Assembly (NCBI GenBank): GCA_045594665.1
Contig: JAZNYX010000025.1
Location: 698 to 64,697, forward strand
From: Clostridia bacterium
GTDB lineage: Bacteria > Bacillota > Clostridia > UMGS1883
Direction of reading: 5' to 3'
DNA: 64,000 bases
Shown here piece by piece: positions 18,654-28,931 of this stretch. Made by a program: the position numbers and the translations under genes. Each line of letters begins with the position of its first letter. Position 1 is the stretch's first letter. The notes under the pieces are model-generated. The model was given only the letters and a program-made list of their open reading frames with translations, was not told the origin of the DNA and searched no databases.

Positions 18654-18823
18654 GGGATTTTCAATTTTAGGTCTTCCTGTTCGTGGTGACATTGTATCAC
18701 CTCACTTTTTGTCTGCCACTAATTATATTATAGTTAACGGCAGACAAAAAGTCAATAGTTTTTCTATTTTTTATGAAAAAACTATTAACTCTGCACCAAA
18801 GTATGGTTTTGAAAAATATTGCT

Positions 18824-18918
18824 CTGACTGACAAAATTCTGTCCACATCATTTTCCTTTGCAGGTGGACAGAATTTAGAAACAGCTGAGGCTAAGTGCCG
18901 AATCTGTTTCGGTGGCAC
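18824..18918 (-). repeat. dispersed repeat family A, copy 2 (inverted)
   Basis: reverse complement matches 1755..1849. Confidence 0.85.
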
Positions 18919-18934
18919 AAAAGAGTAATATTTT

Positions 18935-19003
18935 TCAAAACAAACTTACTATCTAAAAGATTAGGTAAGGGTATTCCTTAGCCCGACAGGAGCGTTTTAA
19001 GGG
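18935..19003 (+). repeat. dispersed repeat family D, copy 2
   Basis: inverted relative to 17812..17880. Confidence 0.8.
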
Positions 19004-19057
19004 TCCGGGAAATCGCAATCCCGGAACTTTTGCTTCTTTTGGTTACAAAAGAAGGGG
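19003..19057 (+). repeat. dispersed repeat family C, copy 3 (partial)
   Basis: gtccgggaaatcgcaatcccggaacttttgcttcttttggttacaaaagaagggg. Confidence 0.8.
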
Positions 19058-19178
19058 TATGTTAAATTTATTTCTTTAATAAAGAAAATATGTTTGCAAT
19101 TTCTTGCATCAAAACCATTGAAAAGATTTTTTCCATATGTTAAAATAAACATATCCCCTAAAGAAAGGTTATGAAAAA

Positions 19179-20063
19179 ATGAATTTTAAGGAAGAGCTTT
19201 CACGCATTAAAGCCTCAAACTTTATACTTCTCACAATAGCGGGTCTTATAAATGCTTTTGGAATAACGGTGTTTTTGTCACCCGTAAAGCTTTACGACAG
19301 CGGAATTTCAGGCACTTCCATGCTTCTATCACAGATCACACCTGAATATATGACGCTTTCTTTATTCCTCCTGCTTTTGAATATTCCTCTGTTTTTATAC
19401 GGTCTCAGGAAGCAGGGCGCTTCTTTTACAATATACTCGTTGTATGCCGTTACTGTATATTCCTTAGGTGCATGGCTTATTACCGACGTTCTTCCCATTG
19501 ATGTGAGCATGGCATCTCCCCTTGCAGGAAATGATTTGCTCTTATGCGCCATATTCGGCGGACTCATTTCGGGTATAGGAAGCGGTCTTACCATTCGATA
19601 CGGCGGTGCCATTGACGGAATTGAGGTAATGGCTGTAATATTCGCAAAGAAGCTTAATTTAACCGTAGGTTCTTTTGTGATGATGTATAATGTGCTTCTC
19701 TATATAATCTGCGGAGCTGTAATAAACAGTTGGATTCTCCCCCTCTACTCCATTGTGACATACGGTGCCGCACTTAAAACGGTAGACTTTATTGTAGAAG
19801 GTCTTGACCGTTCAAAGGCTGTTATGATAATAACCGAAAGGCCCTCTGAAATCAGCAGTGCCCTTATAGAAGAATTTGAATGCGGAACAACCAATATGCC
19901 TGCAAAGGGCGGTTTTTCAGGTAAGGATAAATCGGTGGTCTACTTCGTTGTAAACCGTTTCCAGATTGCAAAAATGAAAACAATTGTTCATGCAATTGAC
20001 CCTGCGGCGTTTATGACAATTACCGAAGTAGCCGACGTTTTCACAAGCCCTGTCTTGAACTAA
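19179..20063 (+). CDS. YitT-family membrane protein (C-terminal DUF2179-like domain)
   Basis: 294 aa, multiple TM segments, C-terminal soluble domain ...VVYFVVNRFQIAKMKTIVHAIDPAAFMTITEV. Confidence 0.75.
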   Translation: MNFKEELSRIKASNFILLTIAGLINAFGITVFLSPVKLYDSGISGTSMLLSQITPEYMTLSLFLLLLNIPLFLYGLRKQGASFTIYSLYAVTVYSLGAWLITDVLPIDVSMASPLAGNDLLLCAIFGGLISGIGSGLTIRYGGAIDGIEVMAVIFAKKLNLTVGSFVMMYNVLLYIICGAVINSWILPLYSIVTYGAALKTVDFIVEGLDRSKAVMIITERPSEISSALIEEFECGTTNMPAKGGFSGKDKSVVYFVVNRFQIAKMKTIVHAIDPAAFMTITEVADVFTSPVLN

Positions 20064-20128
20064 TTATACTTGCTTTTTTTCGTGCTTTATGCTACAATAC
20101 CTGTAATGACTTTTTTGGAGGGAAATCC

Positions 20129-20497
20129 ATGCAGATAAAAGAATCAGCGGAAAATTACCTTGAAACCATATATATGTTAGGAAATAAAAAAGATTTTGTA
20201 CGCAGTATTGACGTGGCAAACGAGCTGGGCTACTCGAAAGCAAGTGTTTCCGTGGCGATGAAATCCTTTCGCGAAGAAGGATATATCGTAATAAACGGGG
20301 ACGGCGGAATAACTCTGACGGAAAAAGGACTTAAGATTGCCGAAAAAATGAGCGAAAGGCATAATATCATCGCAAAGGCACTGATGTTTTTGGGTGTGAG
20401 CGAGGAGATTGCCTACGCCGACAGTTGTAAGATCGAGCACGATATCAGTCAGGAAAGTTTTGACAAGATAAAAGAATTTTTGCAAAACCGCAACTGA
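20129..20497 (+). CDS. DtxR/MntR-family metal-dependent transcriptional repressor (DNA-binding + dimerisation domains only)
   Basis: 122 aa; ENYLETIYML...SIDVANELGYSKASVSVAMKSFREEGYI...RHNIIAKAL. Confidence 0.85.
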   Translation: MQIKESAENYLETIYMLGNKKDFVRSIDVANELGYSKASVSVAMKSFREEGYIVINGDGGITLTEKGLKIAEKMSERHNIIAKALMFLGVSEEIAYADSCKIEHDISQESFDKIKEFLQNRN

Positions 20498-20601
20498 AAA
20501 TTAATGTTATATAACGGTAGTGTTAAAATTGTGTTACTGCTATTGCAAATACACATTATGTAGTATATTATGTAATCAGATAATAAAAAGGGGTGACCGA
20601 C

Positions 20602-20853
20602 ATGGCAATAAATCAGACCACACATATTAACATCGGAAAATCTCATGATGCAGAGATTGAAAACATCATTTGCAGCGTTCACGAGGCATTGGTTGAAAAA
20701 GGATATAATCCCATCAGCCAGCTTGTGGGCTATATTATGTCGGGCGATCCTACCTATATCACAGGGCATAAGGGTGCAAGAAGCCTTATAACCAAGGTTG
20801 AGCGTGATGAAATATTAGAGGTTGTATTCCGCAAATATTTAGCTGAAAAGTAA
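20602..20853 (+). CDS. IreB-family regulatory phosphoprotein (UPF0297)
   Basis: AGGGG RBS before ATG 20602; ...VHEALVEKGYNPISQLVGYIMSGDPTYITGHKGARSLI. Confidence 0.8.
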   Translation: MAINQTTHINIGKSHDAEIENIICSVHEALVEKGYNPISQLVGYIMSGDPTYITGHKGARSLITKVERDEILEVVFRKYLAEK

Positions 20854-20894
20854 AACTTTTCAAGCTCAAAATTTATAATAATTAAGAAAAACCG

Positions 20895-20931
20895 AAAAAT
20901 CTTGCCGTGCAATTACACGGCAAGATTTTTT
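20895..20931. terminator. bidirectional intrinsic terminator
   Basis: aaaaatcttgccgtg-caatta-cacggcaagatttttt. Confidence 0.8.
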
Positions 20932-20947
20932 ACATCTCTTTAATTTG

Positions 20948-21820
20948 TTATTTTATCAGATTTAAAAACATCTGTGCCGCAGGGGAAAGGGGGGCATTGT
21001 GCATATATGCACAGCCGATGCTTCTTGGAGGAAGCGGAGGATTAAGGGGCATGTGGACAATACTTCCGTTTTTCAGGCTTTCTTTTGAAAATTCTTCTAT
21101 CACGCAGGAAACGCCAAGGTCAATGGAGGCAAAACGTATCAATAAATCGTGGGCGGCAATTTCAAATACGGGACTCAGGTCTATTCCCTTTTTTTGAAAT
21201 TGCTTATCAAGAAACCTTCGTGAAGATGAATTTTCTTCAAGAAGAATCAGCGGTTCCTGGGCAATTTCTTTCCACGAATAGCTTTCCTTTACGCCGTGTT
21301 TCGGACTGCACACAAAAATATCATGTACCTCAAAGCAGGGCTCTATGCAAAGCTCATCATCCTTGACAGGCATATTCACAAAGGCAAGCTCGGCTTTCCC
21401 TTCCTTGACAAGGTGAAGCATCTGGTCGGAATAGGAATTTGCCATTTCGATATGAATACCGGGATAGGTTGCGTGAAACTGCTCAAGATAAGGAAGCAGA
21501 TAATGGCTGGTAATGGAGTCGCCGGCGGCAATAATCAGCGAGCCGCCCTCTAAATGATGAAGCCTTTCAAGAAGCATTTCCCCTTGTTCTATGGTTTGCA
21601 TGGCACTTTCTATTTTTTGAAGCAGCAGCTCGCCTTCTTTGGTTAAAGTTACACCTCGGCGAGTACGAACAAAAAGGACGGTATTTAAATCGTTTTCCAA
21701 CTGACGAATGCTCTGGGAAATTGCCGATTGCGATATATACAGCTCTTTCGCCGCTGTGGAAAAAGACGAATGCCGTGCTGTCTCATAAAAAATCCTGTAG
21801 TAATCAAGCTTTGTTTTCAT
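20948..21820 (-). CDS. LysR-family transcriptional regulator
   Basis: 290 aa; N-terminal HTH FYETARHSSFSTAAKELYISQSAISQSIRQLE. Confidence 0.9.
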   Translation of the reverse strand: MKTKLDYYRIFYETARHSSFSTAAKELYISQSAISQSIRQLENDLNTVLFVRTRRGVTLTKEGELLLQKIESAMQTIEQGEMLLERLHHLEGGSLIIAAGDSITSHYLLPYLEQFHATYPGIHIEMANSYSDQMLHLVKEGKAELAFVNMPVKDDELCIEPCFEVHDIFVCSPKHGVKESYSWKEIAQEPLILLEENSSSRRFLDKQFQKKGIDLSPVFEIAAHDLLIRFASIDLGVSCVIEEFSKESLKNGSIVHMPLNPPLPPRSIGCAYMHNAPLSPAAQMFLNLIK

Positions 21821-21927
21821 ATAAGCGCTCCTTATTACTGCGATAAGTATTATCTGCTTTACTAATAACTATATTTGTATTATAATAATAGTGAAGTAAA
21901 AAGTCAAGTTTTTTGGAGGGATTTTAG

Positions 21928-23127
21928 ATGGCTAAAAAGGAAAGACGAGTAGGTACTGTTTCAAGAGGTATTCGTTGCCCTATCATCAGAGAAGGCGATG
22001 ACCTTGCAACAATCGTTACAAACAGCGTTCTTGAAGCTGCCGAATATGAAGAATTTGCTATTCGTGACCGCGATGTAATTGCTATGACAGAATCAATCGT
22101 GGCAAGAGCACAGGGTAACTATGTTACTGTTGACAATATAGCTCAGGATGTTAAGGAAAAACTTGGTGGAGGCACCGTAGGTGTTATTTTCCCCATTCTT
22201 TCCCGAAATCGTTTTTCAATCTGCTTACGAGGCATTGCAAAAGGTGCGAAGAAAGTTGTTCTTATGCTTAGTTATCCTTCTGATGAAGTAGGAAACAAGC
22301 TCGTAACAGACGATCAGATTGATGCATCGGGAATTAACCCCTATTCTGATGTTCTTTCGCTTGAGCAGTACCGCGAAGCATTTGGTTATAACAAGCACGA
22401 GTTCACCGGTGTTGACTACGTTGAGTATTACGGTGACCTTGTACGTGAATGTGGAGCAGAGGTTGAGTTTGTATTTGCAAATCAGGCAAAAGCAATTCTT
22501 GACTATGCTGATTGTATCATTAACTGTGATATTCACACAAGAAAAAGAACAAAGCGTATTCTTAAGGAAAACGGTGCTAAAATCGTTTGCAGTTTTGATG
22601 AAATTATGAATAAGCCCATCGACGGCAGCGGATACAACGAAAAGTATGGTCTGCTCGGTTCAAACAAATCAACTGAAGAGAAAGTTAAGCTTTTCCCCAG
22701 AGAATGTAAGGACCTTGTTTTAGATGTTCAGAAGAAAATTCTTGACGCTACCGGCAAGCACGTAGAAGTTATGGTATACGGTGACGGTGCGTTCAAAGAT
22801 CCTCAGGGAAAAATCTGGGAACTTGCTGACCCGGTTGTTTCTCCCGCATTTACCGATGGTCTTATCGGTACACCCAACGAAATCAAGCTTAAATATCTTG
22901 CAGATAATGATTTCAAAGACCTTACAGGCGAGGCTTTGAAAGAAGCAATTGCAGACAGAATAAAGTCAAAGGCTGACAATCTTGTCGGAAACATGGCATC
23001 ACAGGGTACAACACCCCGTCAGCTTACAGACCTTATCGGTTCTCTTTGCGACCTGACAAGCGGTAGCGGCGACAAGGGTACTCCTGTTGTTCTTGTACAG
23101 GGATATTTTGATAATTTAACTGATTGA
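21928..23127 (+). CDS. CofE-like (F420-0:gamma-glutamyl ligase family) protein
   Basis: 399 aa; the N-terminal pattern GIRCPIIREGDDLATIV...VIAMTESIVARAQG resembles the CofE fold; assignment made by eye only. Confidence 0.45.
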   Translation: MAKKERRVGTVSRGIRCPIIREGDDLATIVTNSVLEAAEYEEFAIRDRDVIAMTESIVARAQGNYVTVDNIAQDVKEKLGGGTVGVIFPILSRNRFSICLRGIAKGAKKVVLMLSYPSDEVGNKLVTDDQIDASGINPYSDVLSLEQYREAFGYNKHEFTGVDYVEYYGDLVRECGAEVEFVFANQAKAILDYADCIINCDIHTRKRTKRILKENGAKIVCSFDEIMNKPIDGSGYNEKYGLLGSNKSTEEKVKLFPRECKDLVLDVQKKILDATGKHVEVMVYGDGAFKDPQGKIWELADPVVSPAFTDGLIGTPNEIKLKYLADNDFKDLTGEALKEAIADRIKSKADNLVGNMASQGTTPRQLTDLIGSLCDLTSGSGDKGTPVVLVQGYFDNLTD

Positions 23128-23153
23128 TCAAAGCAACTAATTTAAGAGAACGC

Positions 23154-23194
23154 AAAAAGGCGGTGTAAAAACTCGTTTTTACACCGCCTTTTTT
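23154..23194. terminator. bidirectional intrinsic terminator (end of his operon / end of the CofE-like gene)
   Basis: aaaaaggcggtgtaaaaa-ctcg-tttttacaccgcctttttt. Confidence 0.85.
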
Positions 23195-23210
23195 ACGTAT
23201 TCTTTTAATT

Positions 23211-23861
23211 TCAGGAAGTCATCTTCTCCTGCTTAACTTTTTTATCTATAACGTGGCGTGATGCAAGCTCCTTCAATACTTCATCAACATCAATTCCCAT
23301 TTCTACCATCATTACCATTACATGGTAGTAGAGGTCAGCGATTTCATAGATTGTTTCTTTCCTGTCATTATCCTTGGAGGCAATGATAACCTCGGTACAC
23401 TCCTCGCCCACTTTTTTAAGGATTTTATCAATACCCTTTTCAAAGAGGTAGGTGGTGTAGCTACCTTCCTTTTTCTCTGTTTTTCTTCCTTTTATCATTT
23501 CAAAGAGTGCTTCGGGAGAGAATACGCCCTCCTCGTCGCTTTCAAAAACAATATCGTTAAAACAGCTCTCGCTACCTGTATGGCAAGCGGGACCGTCCTT
23601 TTTTACATATACCAAAAGTGCGTCGTTGTCACAATCGGCAACGATTTTTATTATGTGCTGATAGTTGCCGCTTGTTTCACCCTTAAGCCACAGCTCCTGC
23701 CGTGACCTGCTCCAGAAGCAGGTCAGCTTTTTCTCAAGGGAGATTTTAAGGCTTTCCTCGTTCATATAGGCAAGGGTTAAAACCTTGTTTGTAGCTGCAT
23801 CTATTACTATAGCAGGGATAAGTCCTTTTTCATCAAATTTAAGTTTACTTATATCTATCAT
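23211..23861 (-). CDS. hisIE: bifunctional phosphoribosyl-AMP cyclohydrolase / phosphoribosyl-ATP pyrophosphatase
   Basis: 216 aa; ...[18 protein letters not shown]...CDNDALL...ACHTG plus a C-terminal HisE helix bundle. Confidence 0.9.
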   Translation of the reverse strand: MIDISKLKFDEKGLIPAIVIDAATNKVLTLAYMNEESLKISLEKKLTCFWSRSRQELWLKGETSGNYQHIIKIVADCDNDALLVYVKKDGPACHTGSESCFNDIVFESDEEGVFSPEALFEMIKGRKTEKKEGSYTTYLFEKGIDKILKKVGEECTEVIIASKDNDRKETIYEIADLYYHVMVMMVEMGIDVDEVLKELASRHVIDKKVKQEKMTS

Positions 23862-23862
23862 T

Positions 23863-24624
23863 TCAAACTCTCCTTACAGGAATATTATTCTTTTCAAGTT
23901 CGTCTTTAAGGTCTTTTATGGCAACCTCACCAAAGTGGAATATTGATGCCGCAAGACCTGCTGACATTTTGGGAATTTCATTGAACAAGGTTACAAAGTC
24001 ATCGATTTTCCCCGCACCGCCTGATGCAATTACAGGAACATTTACAACGCTTTGTACAGCCTTAAGCATTTCAATGTCAAAGCCGCGTTTAACGCCGTCG
24101 GTATCAATGGAATTTACTACAATTTCGCCTGCGCCACGCTCTACTCCCTGCTTTATCCACTCAATGGCTTCTATTCCCGTGTCCTCTCTTCCGCCTTTTG
24201 CAAAAACGTGGAACTGCCCGCCCACACGCTTTATATCAACGGACAGGACAACGCACTGATTTCCGTAAATCTGTGCCGCTTCGTTTATTAGATTGGGGTT
24301 TTTGATTGCCCCCGAATTCACACTGACCTTATCTGCTCCGCATTTTAAAACGCGGTCAAAATCCTCTACCGTGTTTATACCTCCGCCCACAGTCAAGGGA
24401 ATGAATATCGTGGAGGCTACTTCCCGAAGCACATCGGTAAAGAGCTTTCTCCCCTCAAAAGAGGCGGTTATATCATAAAATACAAGCTCGTCTGCCCCTT
24501 GCTCCCAATACATTCTTGCAAGTTCCACAGGGGAGGAAACATCGGAAAGCCCCTCAAAATTTACGCCCTTAACAACTCTTCCGTTTTTCACATCAAGGCA
24601 GGGGATAATTCTTTTTGTAATCAT
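23863..24624 (-). CDS. hisF: imidazole glycerol phosphate synthase cyclase subunit
   Basis: 253 aa; [17 protein letters not shown]. Confidence 0.95.
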   Translation of the reverse strand: MITKRIIPCLDVKNGRVVKGVNFEGLSDVSSPVELARMYWEQGADELVFYDITASFEGRKLFTDVLREVASTIFIPLTVGGGINTVEDFDRVLKCGADKVSVNSGAIKNPNLINEAAQIYGNQCVVLSVDIKRVGGQFHVFAKGGREDTGIEAIEWIKQGVERGAGEIVVNSIDTDGVKRGFDIEMLKAVQSVVNVPVIASGGAGKIDDFVTLFNEIPKMSAGLAASIFHFGEVAIKDLKDELEKNNIPVRRV

Positions 24625-25334
24625 CGTGCCACCTCGATTGCTTCGCTAAGATCTATGTCACCGGTGTATATTGCCTTACCCACAATTGCACCATAAAGAT
24701 TCATACTGCGAAGTGCTTTTATATCATCAATTGTTGATACACCGCCCGATGCCACAATATCCATTGAGAACTTTTCGGAAAGCTCGCGATATAGCTCACG
24801 ATTTGTTCCTCTCATGGCACCGTCACGGGAAATGTCGGTACATATAACGGTTTTTACGCCCAAATCCTGCATCTTAGAAAGGAAATCCATGCCTGAAACA
24901 TCGCTTGTCTCAAGCCAACCCTTTATGGCTACCTGTCCGTCCTTAAGGTCGGCACCTACGGCAATTTTGTCACCGTATTTTTTGCATACTCTTTCGAGAA
25001 ATTCAGGGTCGTTTAGTGCCGCCGTTCCCAATATCACACGCATTACGCCTGCCTCAATATATTTTTTTACGGTTTCCTCGTCTCGGATTCCTCCGCCGAT
25101 TTCCACCTTTAATCCGCTTTCTTTTGCAACTGTCGCAACCACTTCAAAATTGGGAGTAGTGCCGTCCTTTGCCCCCTCAAGGTCAACCATGTGGATATAT
25201 TCGGCACCTTGTGCCTTAAATCCCTTTGCCACCTCTAAGGGGTTTTCGCTATAAACTGTCATTTGGTTATAATCGCCCTTGTATAAACGAACAGCCTTTT
25301 TATCATATAAATCTATCGCCGGAAAAATTAACAT
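24621..25334 (-). CDS. hisA: ProFAR isomerase
   Basis: 237 aa; [20 protein letters not shown]. Confidence 0.95.
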   Translation of the reverse strand: MLIFPAIDLYDKKAVRLYKGDYNQMTVYSENPLEVAKGFKAQGAEYIHMVDLEGAKDGTTPNFEVVATVAKESGLKVEIGGGIRDEETVKKYIEAGVMRVILGTAALNDPEFLERVCKKYGDKIAVGADLKDGQVAIKGWLETSDVSGMDFLSKMQDLGVKTVICTDISRDGAMRGTNRELYRELSEKFSMDIVASGGVSTIDDIKALRSMNLYGAIVGKAIYTGDIDLSEAIEVAR

Positions 25335-25385
25335 AATTTTGTTTCCTTTCGCTATCCATTTGGCTCCCCTTTCAGGGGAGGCTAT

Positions 25386-25994
25386 CTACATTTCCGCAAA
25401 TGCTTTGAGGATACTAAGTCCTGCCTTGCCGCTTTTTTCGGGGTGAAACTGGCATCCGTACACATTGCCTTCCTCCGCTGAAGCGGTTAGCTCACAGCCA
25501 TATTCTGCTGTAGCTGTTACGCTTTCAGGGCAGTTTGCCGCATAGTAGGAATGTACAAAATACACACAGTCACCGTCTTTAAGATATTTAAAGAGAGGTG
25601 TTTCCTTTTTAAATATAAGGGGATTCCAGCCTATATGGGGAATACTCAGCCCCTCGCCTATTACATCGGCAATAGGGCGGATTTCACCCTTTATCAGTCC
25701 TAATCCCTCATACTCTCCATACTCATAGCCCTTGTCAAAAAGAAGCTGCATGCCAAGGCATATTCCTAAGATAGGCTTGCCTTTTTTTGCTTCCTCAATT
25801 ATAACTTTATCAAGTCCGCTCTGGGAAAGCTTTCTTCGTGCATCACGAAAAGCTCCTACTCCGGGAAGAATAATTTTGTCCGCAGTGCGTAAAATATTTT
25901 CATCGCTTGTTACAACGCTCCGGGCTCCTATCACATCCAAGGAGCTTTTAATGGAAAACAAATTTCCTACTCCGTAATCGGTTATTGCTATCAT
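25386..25994 (-). CDS. hisH: imidazole glycerol phosphate synthase glutaminase subunit
   Basis: 202 aa; ILPGVGAF...GICLGMQLL...FVHSY. Confidence 0.95.
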   Translation of the reverse strand: MIAITDYGVGNLFSIKSSLDVIGARSVVTSDENILRTADKIILPGVGAFRDARRKLSQSGLDKVIIEEAKKGKPILGICLGMQLLFDKGYEYGEYEGLGLIKGEIRPIADVIGEGLSIPHIGWNPLIFKKETPLFKYLKDGDCVYFVHSYYAANCPESVTATAEYGCELTASAEEGNVYGCQFHPEKSGKAGLSILKAFAEM

Positions 25995-26578
25995 AATACT
26001 CCTTTTGTGGACGGTATAGCGTCCTTTGCCTCCGCATCAATTTTAACTGCGCCGCGTATTACACGGGCAACTGCTTTGAACGCACCCTCAATTATATGAT
26101 GCGAGTTTTTGCCTGCAAGCTCTCTTATGTGCAGAGTAATCCCTGCATTTTTTGCAAATGCCTCAAAAAATTCATACACAAGCTCCGTATCGAAATCTCC
26201 CACCTTGTATGCAGGAATCGGAAGTTCACAGCAAAGCATACCTCTGCCGGAAATATCAACTGCCGCTAAAATGAGTGCCTCATCCATGGGAAGTGTAATA
26301 TCGGAGTATCTTGTGACGCCTCGGCAATCGCCGAGAGCCTCTCTGAGTGCCTGACCGAGTGCAATTCCTATATCCTCGGTGGTGTGGTGATAGTCTACAT
26401 ACGTATCACCCTGACAAAGCACGGAAAGTGTAAGATTACCATGCTTTGCAAAAAGGGTCAGCATGTGGTCGAGGAATCCGCACCCTGTCTGAATTACGCC
26501 CTTTTCGCACACATCAAGATTGAGATTGAGTTTAATCTGGGTTTCTGCCGTTTTTCTGTTAATTGTAGAATTTCTCAT
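25991..26578 (-). CDS. hisB: imidazoleglycerol-phosphate dehydratase (monofunctional)
   Basis: 195 aa; RKTAETQIKLNLNLD...GFLDHML...HHTTEDIGI. Confidence 0.95.
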   Translation of the reverse strand: MRNSTINRKTAETQIKLNLNLDVCEKGVIQTGCGFLDHMLTLFAKHGNLTLSVLCQGDTYVDYHHTTEDIGIALGQALREALGDCRGVTRYSDITLPMDEALILAAVDISGRGMLCCELPIPAYKVGDFDTELVYEFFEAFAKNAGITLHIRELAGKNSHHIIEGAFKAVARVIRGAVKIDAEAKDAIPSTKGVL

Positions 26579-26590
26579 ATTATCAGTCCT

Positions 26591-27646
26591 TTATGATAAA
26601 ATGTTTTTTACAGCATCAATAAAGATTTCCATTTCCTTAGGCGTTCCTATGGTGATGCGGTTGTATTCACGTATACGCTCCCCCGTAAAATGACGTACAA
26701 GGATTCCTTTTTCACGAAGCTTTTTATAAAGCTCCTCGCCGCTGATGCACTCACTCTTTGCAAAAAGGAAATTGGTTTTGGAGGGAAGAACTATAAATCC
26801 CATCTCTATAAGTGCTTGTGCGGTTTTCTCACGTGTCTTTATAATTTCCTGTCTGTTACGTTCAAAATATTCCCTGTCCCTGATTGCACCTGAGCCTGCC
26901 GCCATTGTCATTCGGTTTATGTTATAGGGATTTATGCTGTAGCGGATTGTGTTAAGGTCACGGCAAAGCTCCTTTGATGCCACACAAAAGCCCAGCCTTG
27001 CCCCTGCCATGGAGCGTGATTTTGAAAACGTCTGCACAACAATTAAGTTATCATACTTTTTGGTAAGGGGGATTGCCGTTTCTCCGCCGAAATCAATATA
27101 CGCTTCATCAACAATTACGATGTTTTCAGGATTCGAGCTTACCACTCTTTCAATTTCGGAAAGAGGTGCAAAAATACCCGTGGGGGCATTGGGGTTTGCA
27201 ATAACAATGTTTTTATTGATGCATGTGTAACGGTCAAAATCAATTGTAAAATCATCCTCAAGGGGAATTTCCTCATAAGGAATATTATTAACCTCGGCAA
27301 ACACGCTGTAAAATCCGTATGTAATATCGGGAAATACAAAGGGATGCTCCTTATCTCCGTATGCAATAAAGGCAAAATTCAGTATTTCATCCGAGCCGTT
27401 TGAGAGTACCACGTTTTCCTTTTCCAAACCGTAGTATGCTGCAATATCTTCCCTTAAAGTACTGCATTCGGGGTCAGGGTAAAGCCTTAAAATCTCCGCT
27501 TGATACGATGCTTCTTCTATTGCTTTTTTTGACGGCGGATAGGGTGATTCATTTGTATTAAGCTTGATATATTTCATATCCCTGGGCTGTTCACCGGGAG
27601 TATATGGAATAAGTCTGCTGTGTTTTTGGCTGAAAAATTTACTCAT
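26591..27646 (-). CDS. hisC: histidinol-phosphate aminotransferase
   Basis: 351 aa class II aminotransferase; LNTNESPYPPS, FSKSRSMAGARLG. Confidence 0.9.
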   Translation of the reverse strand: MSKFFSQKHSRLIPYTPGEQPRDMKYIKLNTNESPYPPSKKAIEEASYQAEILRLYPDPECSTLREDIAAYYGLEKENVVLSNGSDEILNFAFIAYGDKEHPFVFPDITYGFYSVFAEVNNIPYEEIPLEDDFTIDFDRYTCINKNIVIANPNAPTGIFAPLSEIERVVSSNPENIVIVDEAYIDFGGETAIPLTKKYDNLIVVQTFSKSRSMAGARLGFCVASKELCRDLNTIRYSINPYNINRMTMAAGSGAIRDREYFERNRQEIIKTREKTAQALIEMGFIVLPSKTNFLFAKSECISGEELYKKLREKGILVRHFTGERIREYNRITIGTPKEMEIFIDAVKNILS

Positions 27647-28931
27647 TGGTATTTTCCTTTTCTTTAAATCTGCTTACTGCACTCTTTGCATGAGCCTCAA
27701 GTCCCTCTGCCATGGCAAATTTATATATATCGTCACTTACTTTTCTCAGGGCATTTTCCGTAAAATAAGTATATTGGGTCTTTTTTATAAAGTCATCCAC
27801 GGAAAGAGGACTTGAAAAACGTGCCGTACCGCTTGTGGGAAGCGTATGGTTTGGTCCTGCAAAATAATCGCCCAATGCTTCGGGGCAGTATCTGCCCATA
27901 AATATACTTCCTGCGTGCTTTACACGGTCAAGGTAATCAAAGGGATTATCCATGCAAAGCTCCAAATGCTCGGGAGCAATTTCATTTGCCGCCTCCACCG
28001 CAGTTTCAATATCCTTTACTATAATAATTTTACCGTTGTTATCAATGGAGGTACGTGCAATTTCCTCCCTTTGAAGAAGGGGAATCTGTCTTTCAAGCTC
28101 CTCGCTGACCTTCTCTGCAAGCTCACGGCTCTCCGTTACCAGAACGGCACTTGCCATCTTGTCATGTTCCGCCTGGGAAAGAAGATCTGCCGCAACAAAC
28201 TGAGGGTTGCTTTTTGAGTCGGCAATAACAAGGATTTCACTGGGGCCTGCAATCATATCAATGGAAACTTTGCCGAAAACCTGTTTTTTGGCTTCTGCCA
28301 CAAAAGCGTTTCCGGGGCCTACAATCTTGTCAACCTTGGGGATTGTCTCGGTTCCGTAAGCAAGGGCTGCAATAGCCTGAGCACCGCCTGTTTTAAACAC
28401 CTTTGTAACTCCGCCGATTTTCGCCGCCGCTAAAATCACGGGATTCACCTTACCTGCCTTTGCAGGGGTGGTAATCACGATTTCACTGCAGCCTGCAAGC
28501 TTTGCAGGGATACAGTTCATAAGAACGCTGGAGGGATATGCCGCTGTACCGCCGGGAACATAAAGACCTGCTTTTTCAATGGGAATAATCTTCTGCCCCG
28601 TTACAACGCCCTCATCTTCGTTTATAATAAAGCTCTGTCTTACCTGTCTTTTATGGAAGTTCTCAATATTTTTTGCCGCTTTTTTGAGAATTTCAATAAG
28701 CTCGGGAGAAACGCTATTCATAGCTTCCTCATATTCCTCCTCGCTTACAAGAAGGCTTTCTGGAGCACCGCCGTCAAACTTATCGGCATATTCCAAAAGT
28801 GCCTTATCACCGTTTTTCTTCACATTTTCTATGATTTCGGTAACCGTCTTTTCAATAGAGGAGGTATCCTCAATATCACGGGCAAAGATTTCATCTATGC
28901 TGATTTCTTCATAATTATATATTTTAATCAT
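27639..28931 (-). CDS. hisD: histidinol dehydrogenase
   Basis: start moved to MIKIYNYEE (ATG 28931, overlapping hisG stop by 8 nt); ...SQAEHD..., [11 protein letters not shown]. Confidence 0.9.
   Translation of the reverse strand: MIKIYNYEEISIDEIFARDIEDTSSIEKTVTEIIENVKKNGDKALLEYADKFDGGAPESLLVSEEEYEEAMNSVSPELIEILKKAAKNIENFHKRQVRQSFIINEDEGVVTGQKIIPIEKAGLYVPGGTAAYPSSVLMNCIPAKLAGCSEIVITTPAKAGKVNPVILAAAKIGGVTKVFKTGGAQAIAALAYGTETIPKVDKIVGPGNAFVAEAKKQVFGKVSIDMIAGPSEILVIADSKSNPQFVAADLLSQAEHDKMASAVLVTESRELAEKVSEELERQIPLLQREEIARTSIDNNGKIIIVKDIETAVEAANEIAPEHLELCMDNPFDYLDRVKHAGSIFMGRYCPEALGDYFAGPNHTLPTSGTARFSSPLSVDDFIKKTQYTYFTENALRKVSDDIYKFAMAEGLEAHAKSAVSRFKEKENTNE

Noticed and set aside
21821-21927. 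LysR-type T-N11-A operator in the lysR / CofE-like divergent promoter region
   Set aside because: Only imperfect dyads (for example ACTgcgataAGT) were found. This is not distinctive enough in AT-rich sequence to call.
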